Below, piece by piece: positions 40,861-51,830 of a stretch of 64,000 bases of DNA. A program made the position numbers and the translations under genes. The notes under the pieces were generated by a model. The model saw only the letters and a list, made by a program, of their open reading frames with translations, was not told the origin of the DNA and made no database searches. The stretch comes from Meyerozyma guilliermondii (Eukaryota): positions 620,001 through 684,000 of the forward strand of contig CP128817.1 of NCBI GenBank assembly GCA_051546255.1, given 5' to 3'. Numbering within the stretch: the stretch's first letter is position 1; each line of letters begins with the position of its first letter.

Positions 40861-41416
40861 TCAGTTCTCCTTCTCCTCAATTTCTTCCTTCTTCAATTGA
40901 GCCTCTCTTGTTTCCGTCTCCCTCGCTTCTTCAAATCCCTGCTGCGCAACCTCGAGCAACTCGGCCTTGCTTTCCTCCAACCGCTTTTTCCGTTCTTGAA
41001 TAACAGCGTCCCGCCGCTCCAATTCCTCGATCCAAAGCTTCTCCCGAAGTTTGGCCTTGTCTCTCAACTTTTCTTCCCTAGTTTGCTTCTGCTGAGCGGT
41101 TTCTGTCTGGTAGTACAAACCACCAGCAACAAGTGCAACCAACGTAAGAAGTTGGAACCCGATTCTGTAGCGAAAGTAGATCTGGGTCTTGATCCGGTCT
41201 CCACGACGGATAGATTTGGAAGCTAAAATAATCGCTCCGGTAGTTGCGAGTGCTCCAATGGGAACGAGCGGTTGTTGCTTAGACTTAAAAACCATCTTTT
41301 GAATAATATCCATTTCGCTGGGTTAGTCATTGAGGTCTAGGAAAGTTCTGGGGTGCAGAGAAAACCACATACTCCTCTTCAGAACCGCCCTCGAACGAGG
41401 AGGGAAGTCTGGACAT
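40861..41416 (-). CDS. RCF1: Respiratory supercomplex factor Rcf1 (HIG1 family); complement(join(40861..41317,41373..41416))
   Basis: MSRLPSSF exon; [34 protein letters not shown]. Confidence 0.93.
41318..41372 (-). other. 55-nt spliceosomal intron in RCF1
   Basis: GTATGT...GACTAAC-CCAG. Confidence 0.9.
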
Positions 41417-41649
41417 GATTGGTAAAGTTGAATTCGGTGAGACAAAAGTACAGGAAAGAAGAGAGAAAAGAAGAGAGAAAAGAAATGAAATGAAAAATCG
41501 AAAATAAAAGGAAGAGAAGAGAAAGAGGAAATGAAAGTAATGGGAGAGAGAGGAAAAAGATCTCGAAATACTCCATTAAATAAGATAGTATGAAGTAATA
41601 CTACTTCAAGTGAGACCTGAATTGTCTATGTCGATACTCTACTTTATGC

Positions 41650-42210
41650 CTATTGTTCCAAAACAAACGCCTTGAACTCGCCATACGCCTTCTCCAAGTC
41701 GTCGTTCACTATTATCTTGTCGTGGGCTCCGGTTTGGGCGTATTCCATCTCGGCGGTGGCAGCCGCAAGACGCTTTTCCACAGACTCAGCCGTCTCAGTC
41801 CCACGGCCTTCCAACCGAGAACGCAACTCCTCGATCAGCGGAGGACTCAAGAAAAGGTACCTGGCGTTAAGACGCGACGCCTTGACAGATTTAACTCCTT
41901 GCATATCAATGTCAAGAATACATGTCTTACCAGTAGAAGCTACATCCTCCACTGCCTTAATTGAGGTACCATAGTAGTTTCCAGAAAACTGAGCCCACTC
42001 AACAAATTTTTTGCCTTCTATTTCCTTTTGAAACTCTTCCTTGGTGACAAAATGATAATCAGTGCCATTTTTTTCTCCATCTCTGGGAGACCTGGTTGTA
42101 TGGGAAACCGAAAATCCAAATTTGTCAGGATACTCAGCCAAAAGCCTTTTCAACAAGGTGGACTTGCCAGTTCCAGAAGGGCCGGAAATAACAATAGGGC
42201 GCAAGGACAT
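41650..42210 (-). CDS. GUK1: Guanylate kinase
   Basis: [37 protein letters not shown]. Confidence 0.97.
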   Translation of the reverse strand: MSLRPIVISGPSGTGKSTLLKRLLAEYPDKFGFSVSHTTRSPRDGEKNGTDYHFVTKEEFQKEIEGKKFVEWAQFSGNYYGTSIKAVEDVASTGKTCILDIDMQGVKSVKASRLNARYLFLSPPLIEELRSRLEGRGTETAESVEKRLAAATAEMEYAQTGAHDKIIVNDDLEKAYGEFKAFVLEQ

Positions 42211-42503
42211 TTTGGATTTTATATGTAGTTCAAACACGTTAATCGTTTGTTGACGATTTTGAAATATTCACGGACTGCAGATAAGCCACAATTATCCATT
42301 TCAGCAACGATGTCAAAGTAGACCAAAGGGCCCTCAAGGTTATAGAAACAAAACGAAGAGCCAAAGAAAAACCCGAAGAAAAACACACACCACACGATAA
42401 TACCCCACCTTACTCGACCACAAAAAATCTACTTTTGTGCCATTGGCCTTATCCTGCAGACAGCCCGCTCACCTCAAAAATTTCATCTACATCTGTCCCC
42501 ACA

Positions 42504-45329
42504 ATGTCGTCGTCCGTGATGGACCAAGTCAAGCAGGCGTTGCATGCAATGTACTCAGCGTCCAATGAGACCGACAAAATCAACGCCTCCAAGTTTTTGG
42601 AGCAGTTTCAAAAGTCAGAAGCCGCGTGGGAAATCACCCATACTATTCTCACATCCAACGATTCATTAGAAGTGGTACTTTTTGCGGCACAAACTCTTCG
42701 TTCCAAGGTCACCTACGACTTGAACCAGCTCCCGGAACACAATTATACGCAGCTCCGTGAATCTTTACTTCAAATGCTTTCATCGCAGTCACATAAAGTG
42801 GTTCGGACCCAGCTCAGCATCGCCGTTGCTCAACTAGCACTTCAAGATTTAGCATGGCATAATACCGTGTCTGATATAATTGGGGCTCTTTCGCAGGAAC
42901 AGCTTCTTCCGTTTCTTTTGGACGTTCTTCGAATTTTGCCAGAAGAACTTTCGGATCTGGCAAAGACATCGCTCACCGATGCCGAGTTCAACCAACGAAC
43001 TTCAGAGCTTATAACCGATAATGTCGAGAGGGTGTTGCGGGTACTAGCAGACCTCGCTCCAAACAAGTCCCTAAGCTCGCTCGTTCTCGACTGCTTGAAC
43101 AGCTGGATCAAAGAATGCCGCATCGAGGACATATTGACTGTCACTCCTCTCACATCATTAATATTCGAGTCTTTAACCAATGACGACACCTTTGACCGTG
43201 CCGTGGAGTGCCTTTGCACCATTCTCCGTGAAACTCGCGACATAGATAACCACGAATTGATCGATGCATTGTACCAACAGGTGCTCCAGCTTAATGCATT
43301 TATGACGTCGCATCCTGAAAAACTTGAAGATCCCGAGACTTTTGATGGACTTGTTCGTCTTTATGTTGAAGCCGGCGAATCGTGGCATGTTTTAATTGCG
43401 AAAAACCCTGGCCATTTCCGTGAATTGGTGGAAATCTTGCTCAAATGTACTGCCTACAACCAGGATTTGGACGTGGTCAAATACACCTTTTACTTCTGGT
43501 ACCTCCTTAAACTGCTCTTGACGCTTCCTCGGTTCAAGGAATCAAAGGTGGCTTTTGCAGATATCTACGAGTCGTTAATTTCCGTCATTATTGTTCACTT
43601 GACCTACCCAGCAGATGCCGATGATTCTAACCTCTTTCAAGGCGATAAAGAACAAGAAGACAAATTCAAGGAGTTCCGTTACGAAATGGGTGACGTGCTC
43701 AAAGACTGCTGTGCAGTAGTAGGAGCCACAAGAGCCCTCAATATTCCATTTCAACAACTTCAAAATACTATATCTTCGTCTGAAAATGCTAAATGGCAAC
43801 AGATTGAAGCACCGCTCTTTTCCATGCGTACGATGGCGAAGGAAGTGTCCAACAAAGAGAAAACCATTCTTCCAGTTATCATGGGTTTCTTGGTCCAACT
43901 CCCTGAACATCCTAAAATCAGATACGCTGCAACCTTGGTACTTGGTCGCTATACTGAATGGACTGCGAAAAACCCACAATACTTGGAACCACAACTTAAC
44001 TATATCATTGCTGGATTCAAAGGAGAGACCACCAGTGACATCAAGGTGGCTGCTTCACACGCATTAATGTACTTTTGTCAAGACTGTTCTTCGCTTTTGG
44101 TCAATTACTTGGAACAACTTTATCTCTTGTATGGCCAAATTAAGGACCAGATAGATCTCAAATCACACTATGAGCTCGCCGATGGCTTGGGCCATGTTAT
44201 ACTGCAAGTTTCTGAAGAAAACCGGTTCCAGACTTGTGAAATGTTCTGGAAACCTACTGTTGAAAATCTCAATAGAGTATTGAAAGAAGCTCAACCTGGG
44301 GATGAAAAGGCCAACGTCCTCATTGCAGACCAAGTGGAGATCATAACTACATTTGTATCAGTGCTTAAAGCTCCTGGTTTTGACGAGCCAGCATTCCTGG
44401 TGTGTACTCTATTTATCAAGGATGTGTGGCCATTAGCATCGCAGCTTCTACAGAAATTCGGAGGCTCGCTCAAGGTTAGTGAGCGTCTAACCAAACTTAT
44501 CAAATCTGCCATCCAGTCGTTCAGCACTTATCTCAATCCAATTCTTGCTGATATAGCCAACTTGTTGCATGGAGGTTTCCAGCAGAATAAATATGGATGC
44601 TACTTGTGGGTTTCTGGATCATTAGTGAGAGAATATGGCGACGAGTATACTACCGATGATATCAAGAAGGCGGTATATCAATTTGCATTGACCCAATGTT
44701 CGAGTTTCTTTGATATTGCCGGATCATATACGAACATCAAGGAGATCCCAGATTTGATCGAGGATTTTTTCCGAATGCTCAACGATATCCTCATGTATTT
44801 TCCACTCGAACTCATTCCAGATTTCGCATTCCTCAACACCACTCTCACCACTAGCATTCACACCATGGACCAACTCGAGGAATTCGACCCATTGATTTCC
44901 TGTCTACATTTCCAGATAGATTTTGTATCATGGGGCTTGCCTCACCCCCCAATCTCTTTTATGGGAGATAACCCTCCACACATTCAGGATAGTGTAAAGC
45001 GGTTCTTGATGGAGGATAACCGAGGTGCACGATTGCTTAAAGCGGTGATGGAGGGATTGATTTTTAGGTTCCATGCCGATTTACAACAGGACGCCAGCGA
45101 CCTTCTACTTAAAATATTAACAGTGGTTCCAGACCACGACCTAGCATTAGGATGGTTGAATCAAGTTGTTCATCAATTACCTAACGTTGGCGAAAAAGAG
45201 GTGCAAAAATTGATAAGTATAGTTTCGGTCGCACTACCAAATAAGGACAATCGAAGAGTACGAACCGGGCTACGTGACTTTGTTAACTGGTACGCGCGGA
45301 AAAATGTCACCCCTAGAAGTATAGCATAA
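42504..45329 (+). CDS. MTR10: Importin-beta family nuclear import receptor (transportin-SR)
   Basis: FQKSEAAW, FAAQTLRSKVTYDL, LPEE, FKEFRYEMGDVLKDCC. Confidence 0.92.
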   Translation: MSSSVMDQVKQALHAMYSASNETDKINASKFLEQFQKSEAAWEITHTILTSNDSLEVVLFAAQTLRSKVTYDLNQLPEHNYTQLRESLLQMLSSQSHKVVRTQLSIAVAQLALQDLAWHNTVSDIIGALSQEQLLPFLLDVLRILPEELSDLAKTSLTDAEFNQRTSELITDNVERVLRVLADLAPNKSLSSLVLDCLNSWIKECRIEDILTVTPLTSLIFESLTNDDTFDRAVECLCTILRETRDIDNHELIDALYQQVLQLNAFMTSHPEKLEDPETFDGLVRLYVEAGESWHVLIAKNPGHFRELVEILLKCTAYNQDLDVVKYTFYFWYLLKLLLTLPRFKESKVAFADIYESLISVIIVHLTYPADADDSNLFQGDKEQEDKFKEFRYEMGDVLKDCCAVVGATRALNIPFQQLQNTISSSENAKWQQIEAPLFSMRTMAKEVSNKEKTILPVIMGFLVQLPEHPKIRYAATLVLGRYTEWTAKNPQYLEPQLNYIIAGFKGETTSDIKVAASHALMYFCQDCSSLLVNYLEQLYLLYGQIKDQIDLKSHYELADGLGHVILQVSEENRFQTCEMFWKPTVENLNRVLKEAQPGDEKANVLIADQVEIITTFVSVLKAPGFDEPAFLVCTLFIKDVWPLASQLLQKFGGSLKVSERLTKLIKSAIQSFSTYLNPILADIANLLHGGFQQNKYGCYLWVSGSLVREYGDEYTTDDIKKAVYQFALTQCSSFFDIAGSYTNIKEIPDLIEDFFRMLNDILMYFPLELIPDFAFLNTTLTTSIHTMDQLEEFDPLISCLHFQIDFVSWGLPHPPISFMGDNPPHIQDSVKRFLMEDNRGARLLKAVMEGLIFRFHADLQQDASDLLLKILTVVPDHDLALGWLNQVVHQLPNVGEKEVQKLISIVSVALPNKDNRRVRTGLRDFVNWYARKNVTPRSIA

Positions 45330-45677
45330 AAATACAGACGACCATTAAGATCTAACGTAAATGTCAGAATGGGCTGTTTTGGTAGAAATCCGCGCTGACC
45401 ACCGGCCCAAAAGCGACAAAATACTGCCATGATACAGTTTACGCACGGTGAAGCAGCTTGAGGCGTTCATTCATGCTGCATTTTCCGTTCACACGCGCAC
45501 AAAACTTGGTGTCAAACAGCCGCACCACACGCGGCGGAATACCCAAAGAGGAATGATTTCTACCCTTTTAGGGTGCTATTGGCGCGACGCAGTGCGCACA
45601 ACTTGTTTGTTTGTTTGGGTTGCAATCACTTCTACCGTCTAATTTCTTTTGCCGCTCCAAATGTTTTTTCGCTCGCA

Positions 45678-45684
45678 TATAAAA
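45678..45684 (+). promoter_or_regulatory. TATA box of the cell wall protein gene
   Basis: TATAAAA 60 nt upstream of ATG 45744. Confidence 0.6.
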
Positions 45685-45743
45685 GAGCGACGTTCGCAGG
45701 TTTCTTCTTTAGTATTTTTCCAAACTCAAGTCTTTCGTTAATT

Positions 45744-46001
45744 ATGCAATTCATCGCCATCGCTCTTTTCGCCGCCGCTGCCTCCGCTGCTACCGTCACT
45801 GAGGTCGACACCCAATCCACTTTGGTCACCATCACCGACTGTGCTTCCACCGTCACTGACTGCCCAGCTCACTCCACCTCGGCTGCTCCAAACACCACTG
45901 CTCCAGCTAACGTTACCTCTTTCGAGGCTGGTGCTGCTAGAAACCAATACGCCGCTGCTGGTGCCGCTGCCTTGGCTGCCGGTGCTTTGTTGGCTTTGTA
46001 A
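45744..46001 (+). CDS. Small GPI-anchored cell wall mannoprotein, Ccw12/Pga59-like (85 aa)
   Basis: Signal peptide, STLVTIT.C......C motif, NTT and NVT sequons, FEAGAA followed by a hydrophobic GPI tail; strong codon bias. Confidence 0.88.
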   Translation: MQFIAIALFAAAASAATVTEVDTQSTLVTITDCASTVTDCPAHSTSAAPNTTAPANVTSFEAGAARNQYAAAGAAALAAGALLAL

Positions 46002-46040
46002 GTGCTTTGATAGTAATACAGTGATACCCTATTATATTTA

Positions 46041-46562
46041 TTAAACTATTGTAGAATTGGACGGGAGTTGCGATCTGATCACCTCTCGCGCCAACTCCAA
46101 AGCGCCCTCCCTGGTTTCCGGGTCGGTGAGGGTGCTTTTCACCACTTCGACTGCGAGTCCTGACTCTTTCAATGCCTCGAAGATTTCGTAGTATGGTATA
46201 ACATCGGCTTCAAGGAGATCAATGGTGATTTCCGTGAGTCCTGCTCTCACATCGTCGTCTTCTAGTGACATCTTCACTATAGCCACAGCCAATCCCGACC
46301 TCTTGAGTGCTAGAAAAATGCGGTTGAGAACATCGTCAATTAAATCTCTTTTGACCAAGTCTCCACCATTTTCTTCTTCTATATGCATTTCCAATTCCTT
46401 GATAGCGGCATAAACTTCCTTGGCGACCGCAAGAGCTTGAATTGGTGTAATTCTCTTGCTCAATTGAGTCTCACTATTTGTTAATTGAGTCTCACCAATT
46501 GGCTCATATTCGCCAAATACCACTGCAATAAAATACAAGAACACTAAATTATAAAGCCTCAT
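46041..46562 (-). CDS. Secreted Kex2-site protein, OP4/Ops4-like
   Basis: Signal peptide, KR sites, two internal ALK.SGLAV.(I/V)VK repeats. Confidence 0.75.
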   Translation of the reverse strand: MRLYNLVFLYFIAVVFGEYEPIGETQLTNSETQLSKRITPIQALAVAKEVYAAIKELEMHIEEENGGDLVKRDLIDDVLNRIFLALKRSGLAVAIVKMSLEDDDVRAGLTEITIDLLEADVIPYYEIFEALKESGLAVEVVKSTLTDPETREGALELAREVIRSQLPSNSTIV

Positions 46563-46642
46563 ATCGTGTACCAGGAAAGGTCTAATTATTATCTATATAT
46601 AAATATCGTGTCATATTCCACTTTCCCAATCTTTTTGTTCTG

Positions 46643-49600
46643 TTAAAACAGAGTAGGAACCAATTCGTACGCATTGGTGTTTGGCCTTCTTCCCCAGAAT
46701 TTCCCATTTCCAAATCTTCTTGTCCGGCCCAGACGCTGAAGTTGCTTAAAGTCGTCGCTGGTGGACCCTTGTAAGGTGAAACCATACAACTGGTCTTCCT
46801 GAACTGTGTTATCGGTAGCAATTATTGGCGGTTTCCACCTCTTAAGCATGAGTGAACTCACCACAACACTTACCGAACTCATGGCCATGGCACCTCCAGC
46901 CGCAATGGGAGGAAGCATAAGATTCAACGGAAGAAAAAGACCCATGGCAAAGGGAACCATAAGTGCATTGTAGACAACCGAAAGACCAAAATTCGTCTTG
47001 ATTTTACGCAAGGTGGAACGAGAAATACTCAAGGCAGTGGGGATTCCAGCAATGCCTTGGTCGGTATTTCCTGCGGTGGAAAGAAGGACTATGTCGGCAG
47101 AATCAATGGCAACATCTGTGCCTGAACTGATAGCCATTCCAATATCTGCCTTCACCAAAGCAGGAGCATCGTTTATACCATCTCCCACAAACGCAACCCC
47201 ACACTGGAATTTTTCCTTAATACTTGCTACCACTTTATCTTTGTTGATGGCCAGAACCTCGGCAAACACATTTCCCTGAGGAAGGTCCAACTGTTTTGCA
47301 ATGTGATAAGCGGAAGATTTGTTATCTCCAGTAACTATTCCCACTTGTATGCCCAAATTATAACGCAAGTAATTCACCACGTCCTTGGCGTTGTGTCTCA
47401 AGCTATCGGTCAAAGAAATTAATCCGCTGAGCCTGCCGTCAATAATTACATATGCCTTGCTTGTGTGGTCGTTTTCCTGACTAGGAAGTTCGATTTCAGG
47501 ATACCGACTTTGCAATAGCCTGTGGTTACCAATAGCAATAGAATAAGGCTTGCCTTTCTCTGCAATTTTAACGTCTGCAGTCACACCCATTCCCGTAAGA
47601 ACTTCAAAGTTCGACATGACGGTGTCGAAAGAGTCCTCCTCGAATTTAAGCCCGGCTTGTAATCTGGCGTATTTCATAATGGCTTTTCCTAACGGGTGTT
47701 CTGAAGAGCCCTCAACAGTACCAACGAGTTTCCAATAATCCACATCGCTCAACGACTCGTCTTCCTTGACTGCCTTGGAAACTGTCATGTCGCCAGTTGT
47801 CAATGTACCGGTTTTGTCGAGAAGTATAATGCCAATCTTGTTGGCGTTTTCCAATACCTCACCACCTTTGATGAGGGCACCATGTGAAGCGCCAACGCCA
47901 GTTCCAACCATAACTGCGGTAGGAGCAGCCAAGCCGAGAGCACACGGACAAGCCACAACAATCACGGATATGGCTAACTTTAAGCACACAAAATATTTTC
48001 CGTTCTCGTCTTTCATAAATGCTTTAGGAAGCTTTGACTCATTGCCCAGATAACAGGTGAAAATCCAAAACATCAACGTGAGAAATGCAAGTGCCAAGAC
48101 ACATGGAACAAAGCGAGATGCCAAACGATCTGCTAAACGCTGAACTGGAGCCTTTGTTGTCTGTGAGTCTCGAACCAAATTGATAATTTGTTGAAGTTGC
48201 GACTTCTTGCCTGTCTTGAGAACCCGAATATGAATGAGATGGGGACCATTGATTGATCCACCAATCACGGGATCACCCTTAGTCTTGAATACAGGGATAC
48301 TTTCTCCAGTAATAATGGACTCATCAATTTCACTTGAACCATAAAGTATGATACCGTCCGCAGGGATCTTGCTACCAGGAAGTGCTACGGCAATATCATT
48401 GGGTTGGATCAAATCTATGCCGATTTCACGAGTGGGGAAGTCTATCATCTCCTCAGTCTTGGACTCTTCAGCGTGAGAAGCAGCCCAAGATTCATACATT
48501 GCCAAATCGGTAACGATAACACATGTTGTTGGGGAAAGCTCCAAAAGATTGGAGAGTGCTGTAGAAGTGGCTCCCTTGGCTCTATTTTCCAAGCATTTGC
48601 CCAAAGAAATGAAGCAAATCAACATTACATTGGTGTCAAATAGCAAGCGTGGAGGACGAGAAGTTTGTCCCGACCAGACGCTTAAAAAGAGGGCAAACAC
48701 TGAGAAGAAAAAGGAAATGAGGGTCGAAAGACTCACCAAGACATCCATATTGGCGCCTCCTTTTCTTCGTATGCATTTGATGAGCTTGCGAATAAACGTG
48801 TGTCCCAACACGAACTGAACATAGGCAGATGGAACCATTTGAAGCAATGACACCCAGTAAAGACCGGGGAAAATGAGGGCGGAATTGAATGGTTTCAAGT
48901 GCTGAACATGGTGGAATATCATAACTGGAATCCCCAATGATAAAGACCATATAAAGTTTGATTTCCAATACTGAATCTCTTTGACACGAGAAAGCATTTT
49001 TAGCTGGGCGGCGCATGCTTGGTCAACAGAATTCACTACTGTGAATGTGAGTTCGGGAAAAGACGAATTTATGCCATCAACGAGATCACGAATACCAACT
49101 TGTGAGGGTAAATAAGTAACCGATAACTCGTCAACTAAGATACCTTCTTCTTGGGTATGGTCAGTGTCTGGCGCATGAAGTGCTTGTATAGTGTGGGAAT
49201 TCTCTGATGAATGATTCATGGCATCCGAGTCAACGCTCCCAAGCGCCAATTTATGACTTATAACTCCAGCGTTACTTTGTAAAAACGCTTCTAAATTGTA
49301 GCGGAATGCATTTAGGTCGGTTGTTTCATTGACACCGTGGATCTGGAGCACTACTTCTTCTACTTCGTTTGCTTCTGCTGTTGAGGAAGAGCCCGCAAGT
49401 GTTGCTTCAAACCCACAATCACTTATAGTGTCTATTATCTGCTGGGCGTCAAGCAGACCTTCATGAGTAACCACTGCTTGGTTGGTGAGTAACGACACCA
49501 CCACGGCATTTACTCCTGGCAATGCTTCCAAGGCATTCGTGATTGATCCACTACATGAAGCACACGTCATTCCAGTCACATTAAAATGACTGGTGACTGT

Positions 49601-50074
49601 ATTAACATTCCCCAGACTTGCCGCGGAAGAGTCAACCACCGTCACTTCGAAACCACAGTTTTCAATTGTTTCCGAAACTTGGTCTACCAGAACAGACGAC
49701 GAGTGTTTCACAAGCCCAGTTTCCGTGACAAGAGACACCGCTACCATTTCCACGCCTGGTAATTTCTCCAACGCTTCGGTTATCGAAGCCGAACATGAAC
49801 CACAGGTCATGCCTTGAATAGAAAGTTTAGTCTCTATCAACCGCTCTTGTGTTCCCATTCTCCCATTATCGGCCTCAAATCCACAATTCTCTATTGCTTG
49901 CCGTATTTCTGGGGCCGTACATATATTCTTGTCATGCCATACTTTGGCCTCTTCGGTCATCAAAGAAACGGATACCAGGTCTACGCCATTCAAACTAGAT
50001 ATGGCCTCTTCCACCGCTCCGGAACAAGCGGCACAGGTCATGCCCTGGATCCGGAATATAGTTTCACCCTTCAT
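46643..50074 (-). CDS. CCC2: Cu(+)-transporting P1B ATPase
   Basis: Three GMTCxxC domains, TGES, CPC, DKTGT, SEHPL, GDGIND, YN and MAMSS. Confidence 0.93.
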   Translation of the reverse strand: MKGETIFRIQGMTCAACSGAVEEAISSLNGVDLVSVSLMTEEAKVWHDKNICTAPEIRQAIENCGFEADNGRMGTQERLIETKLSIQGMTCGSCSASITEALEKLPGVEMVAVSLVTETGLVKHSSSVLVDQVSETIENCGFEVTVVDSSAASLGNVNTVTSHFNVTGMTCASCSGSITNALEALPGVNAVVVSLLTNQAVVTHEGLLDAQQIIDTISDCGFEATLAGSSSTAEANEVEEVVLQIHGVNETTDLNAFRYNLEAFLQSNAGVISHKLALGSVDSDAMNHSSENSHTIQALHAPDTDHTQEEGILVDELSVTYLPSQVGIRDLVDGINSSFPELTFTVVNSVDQACAAQLKMLSRVKEIQYWKSNFIWSLSLGIPVMIFHHVQHLKPFNSALIFPGLYWVSLLQMVPSAYVQFVLGHTFIRKLIKCIRRKGGANMDVLVSLSTLISFFFSVFALFLSVWSGQTSRPPRLLFDTNVMLICFISLGKCLENRAKGATSTALSNLLELSPTTCVIVTDLAMYESWAASHAEESKTEEMIDFPTREIGIDLIQPNDIAVALPGSKIPADGIILYGSSEIDESIITGESIPVFKTKGDPVIGGSINGPHLIHIRVLKTGKKSQLQQIINLVRDSQTTKAPVQRLADRLASRFVPCVLALAFLTLMFWIFTCYLGNESKLPKAFMKDENGKYFVCLKLAISVIVVACPCALGLAAPTAVMVGTGVGASHGALIKGGEVLENANKIGIILLDKTGTLTTGDMTVSKAVKEDESLSDVDYWKLVGTVEGSSEHPLGKAIMKYARLQAGLKFEEDSFDTVMSNFEVLTGMGVTADVKIAEKGKPYSIAIGNHRLLQSRYPEIELPSQENDHTSKAYVIIDGRLSGLISLTDSLRHNAKDVVNYLRYNLGIQVGIVTGDNKSSAYHIAKQLDLPQGNVFAEVLAINKDKVVASIKEKFQCGVAFVGDGINDAPALVKADIGMAISSGTDVAIDSADIVLLSTAGNTDQGIAGIPTALSISRSTLRKIKTNFGLSVVYNALMVPFAMGLFLPLNLMLPPIAAGGAMAMSSVSVVVSSLMLKRWKPPIIATDNTVQEDQLYGFTLQGSTSDDFKQLQRLGRTRRFGNGKFWGRRPNTNAYELVPTLF

Positions 50075-50235
50075 TTTTTTTAGGGGGCCCACAAGTGCTC
50101 TATAAATAAATTAATTTTTGATAATTTATAATCGCATTATCTTTTTGATCAGCTACCGACGTCGGCGTATGCATGCAGGAAAATGAAGATTAAGATCAGA
50201 GAAGATCAGAGAAAAGTAGATATGAAATATTAGTA

Positions 50236-51786
50236 TTATAGTATACGTTCCGAAGGCTCGGTTTTCTTTGCCTTATGTTTATCGGCCTTTCCCGGCTTTG
50301 CGCCGTGAAACTTGTGCGACAAATGCTTGAATGCTTCTTTTTGCAGCAATTCATGGCCGTCTTTATCTTTATATACGAGCTGTACTTGCGGCCGATAATT
50401 GTTGTTGGAGGTGTACAGGTCGTATTTCTTTTTACGTTTGGGTTCAGCAACTTGTAAAAGGCCCTTTTCTCGAAGTCTTTCATCGAGGTATCTTTCAAAA
50501 ATGGTTTCTTTTTCTTCCTTAGGTAAAGACTTGTAGGAGCCATCGCTTTCAAGTTGCTCACGAACAAGACGACTCTCAATTTCAATGTTCAATTTAGTCA
50601 TTTCTGCTCTTTTGGCTGCTTCTCGTTGTTCTCTGGCTTCTTGCTGTATTTGCTTGGTTTCTAAAACAGAGTGCAGTTTAAGGTAATTGAGAGTGGCTGC
50701 AATTCCGGTATTGAACCGCGGTGTAGTACCTTCTTCAATGGGCTCAGACGGTTCTGTATGAGCTTCCAGTTGCTCGTTGGATTTTGGGGTTTGCTCCTTT
50801 TCAGTTTCTGGCTCCGCTGTGTCAACTTTCTTTTCTGTCTTTTCGGTGCTCAATGAACTTAGAAATTCAGAAGTGTCGTCAAAAACCAACCCAGACGCAG
50901 TTGCTAAGGCTGACGCTCGATCCAAGGCATCTTTACTGTCCCACAGCTCAAGCTGACTGATCTCCTTCGCGAGTTCTTCAGAAGTGAGTTTCTTTCGTTG
51001 CTGCTGCTTCAACCGTCGCTTGTGGTTGATCATCGACTGAACTTCAAAATCGTCATCGTTGTCTTCAAACTGCTCAAGAACAACGGGCTTTACTTCAAAA
51101 GGGTCCATGGTTTGTTCTCTCTTTCTATTCTTCAGAGACTTTTTTTTTATCTTTTTCATTTTCACAGTCTCTGGTTGTATCTCATCTTCATCAAACAACA
51201 GTATTGCCATTCTCTTTTTCAGAGGCTGTTCGCTGGGCTCAGCTGTGTCGGATATACCCGAAAGAGAAGCTTTTTCCTCCTGGTTCGGGCTTTCTTTAAG
51301 AATATGGGGTACCTTTGAATCAAGCATGGGCGTAGACAGATCTCTCAGAACTTCATTTACGTCTTTGGTTTTGTCCTTGTGTACCACATTCTGTACCGAA
51401 TCGCTTTCCGTTGTATCCGTAGCTTCCTTTCCCAAGCTGTTGAGCCAATCATCTGTATTTACCACGATATCGTGATTTTCATTTGGTTCTTCATTTTCGT
51501 CGAGATGTGCCACGTTCCTTCGAGATTTGAGTTTGTCTAGAAGTTTACTGCCACGGCTCTCCACCCGAGTATCTACATTATCATCAGCTTTCTCTTTACT
51601 GTCAGTTTCTGGTATTGGTTTGAGTCCAGCGGACGCTCGAAGTTTGTTTGTTTCCGCAATCAGCAAATCATTTTTAGAAACCTTGTTTTGCAACGTGGAC
51701 ACAGAATCATCACCCTGTGGAATCTCTCGTAGACCCAACTGTCTTCGAAGCTTGTTCGTTTCTTCTAGGGAAAGAGAGATTTCCAT
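50236..51786 (-). CDS. SNU66: U4/U6.U5 tri-snRNP protein Snu66 (SART1)
   Basis: Two HIND-like elements (LSLEETNKLR..LGL and L(S)IAETNKLR..AGLKPI); KEAFKHLSHKFHG. Confidence 0.9.
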   Translation of the reverse strand: MEISLSLEETNKLRRQLGLREIPQGDDSVSTLQNKVSKNDLLIAETNKLRASAGLKPIPETDSKEKADDNVDTRVESRGSKLLDKLKSRRNVAHLDENEEPNENHDIVVNTDDWLNSLGKEATDTTESDSVQNVVHKDKTKDVNEVLRDLSTPMLDSKVPHILKESPNQEEKASLSGISDTAEPSEQPLKKRMAILLFDEDEIQPETVKMKKIKKKSLKNRKREQTMDPFEVKPVVLEQFEDNDDDFEVQSMINHKRRLKQQQRKKLTSEELAKEISQLELWDSKDALDRASALATASGLVFDDTSEFLSSLSTEKTEKKVDTAEPETEKEQTPKSNEQLEAHTEPSEPIEEGTTPRFNTGIAATLNYLKLHSVLETKQIQQEAREQREAAKRAEMTKLNIEIESRLVREQLESDGSYKSLPKEEKETIFERYLDERLREKGLLQVAEPKRKKKYDLYTSNNNYRPQVQLVYKDKDGHELLQKEAFKHLSHKFHGAKPGKADKHKAKKTEPSERIL

Positions 51787-51830
51787 CAAGTACAGTTGAT
51801 TATCGCGATGAGGAAGTGCGAATCTGGGGT

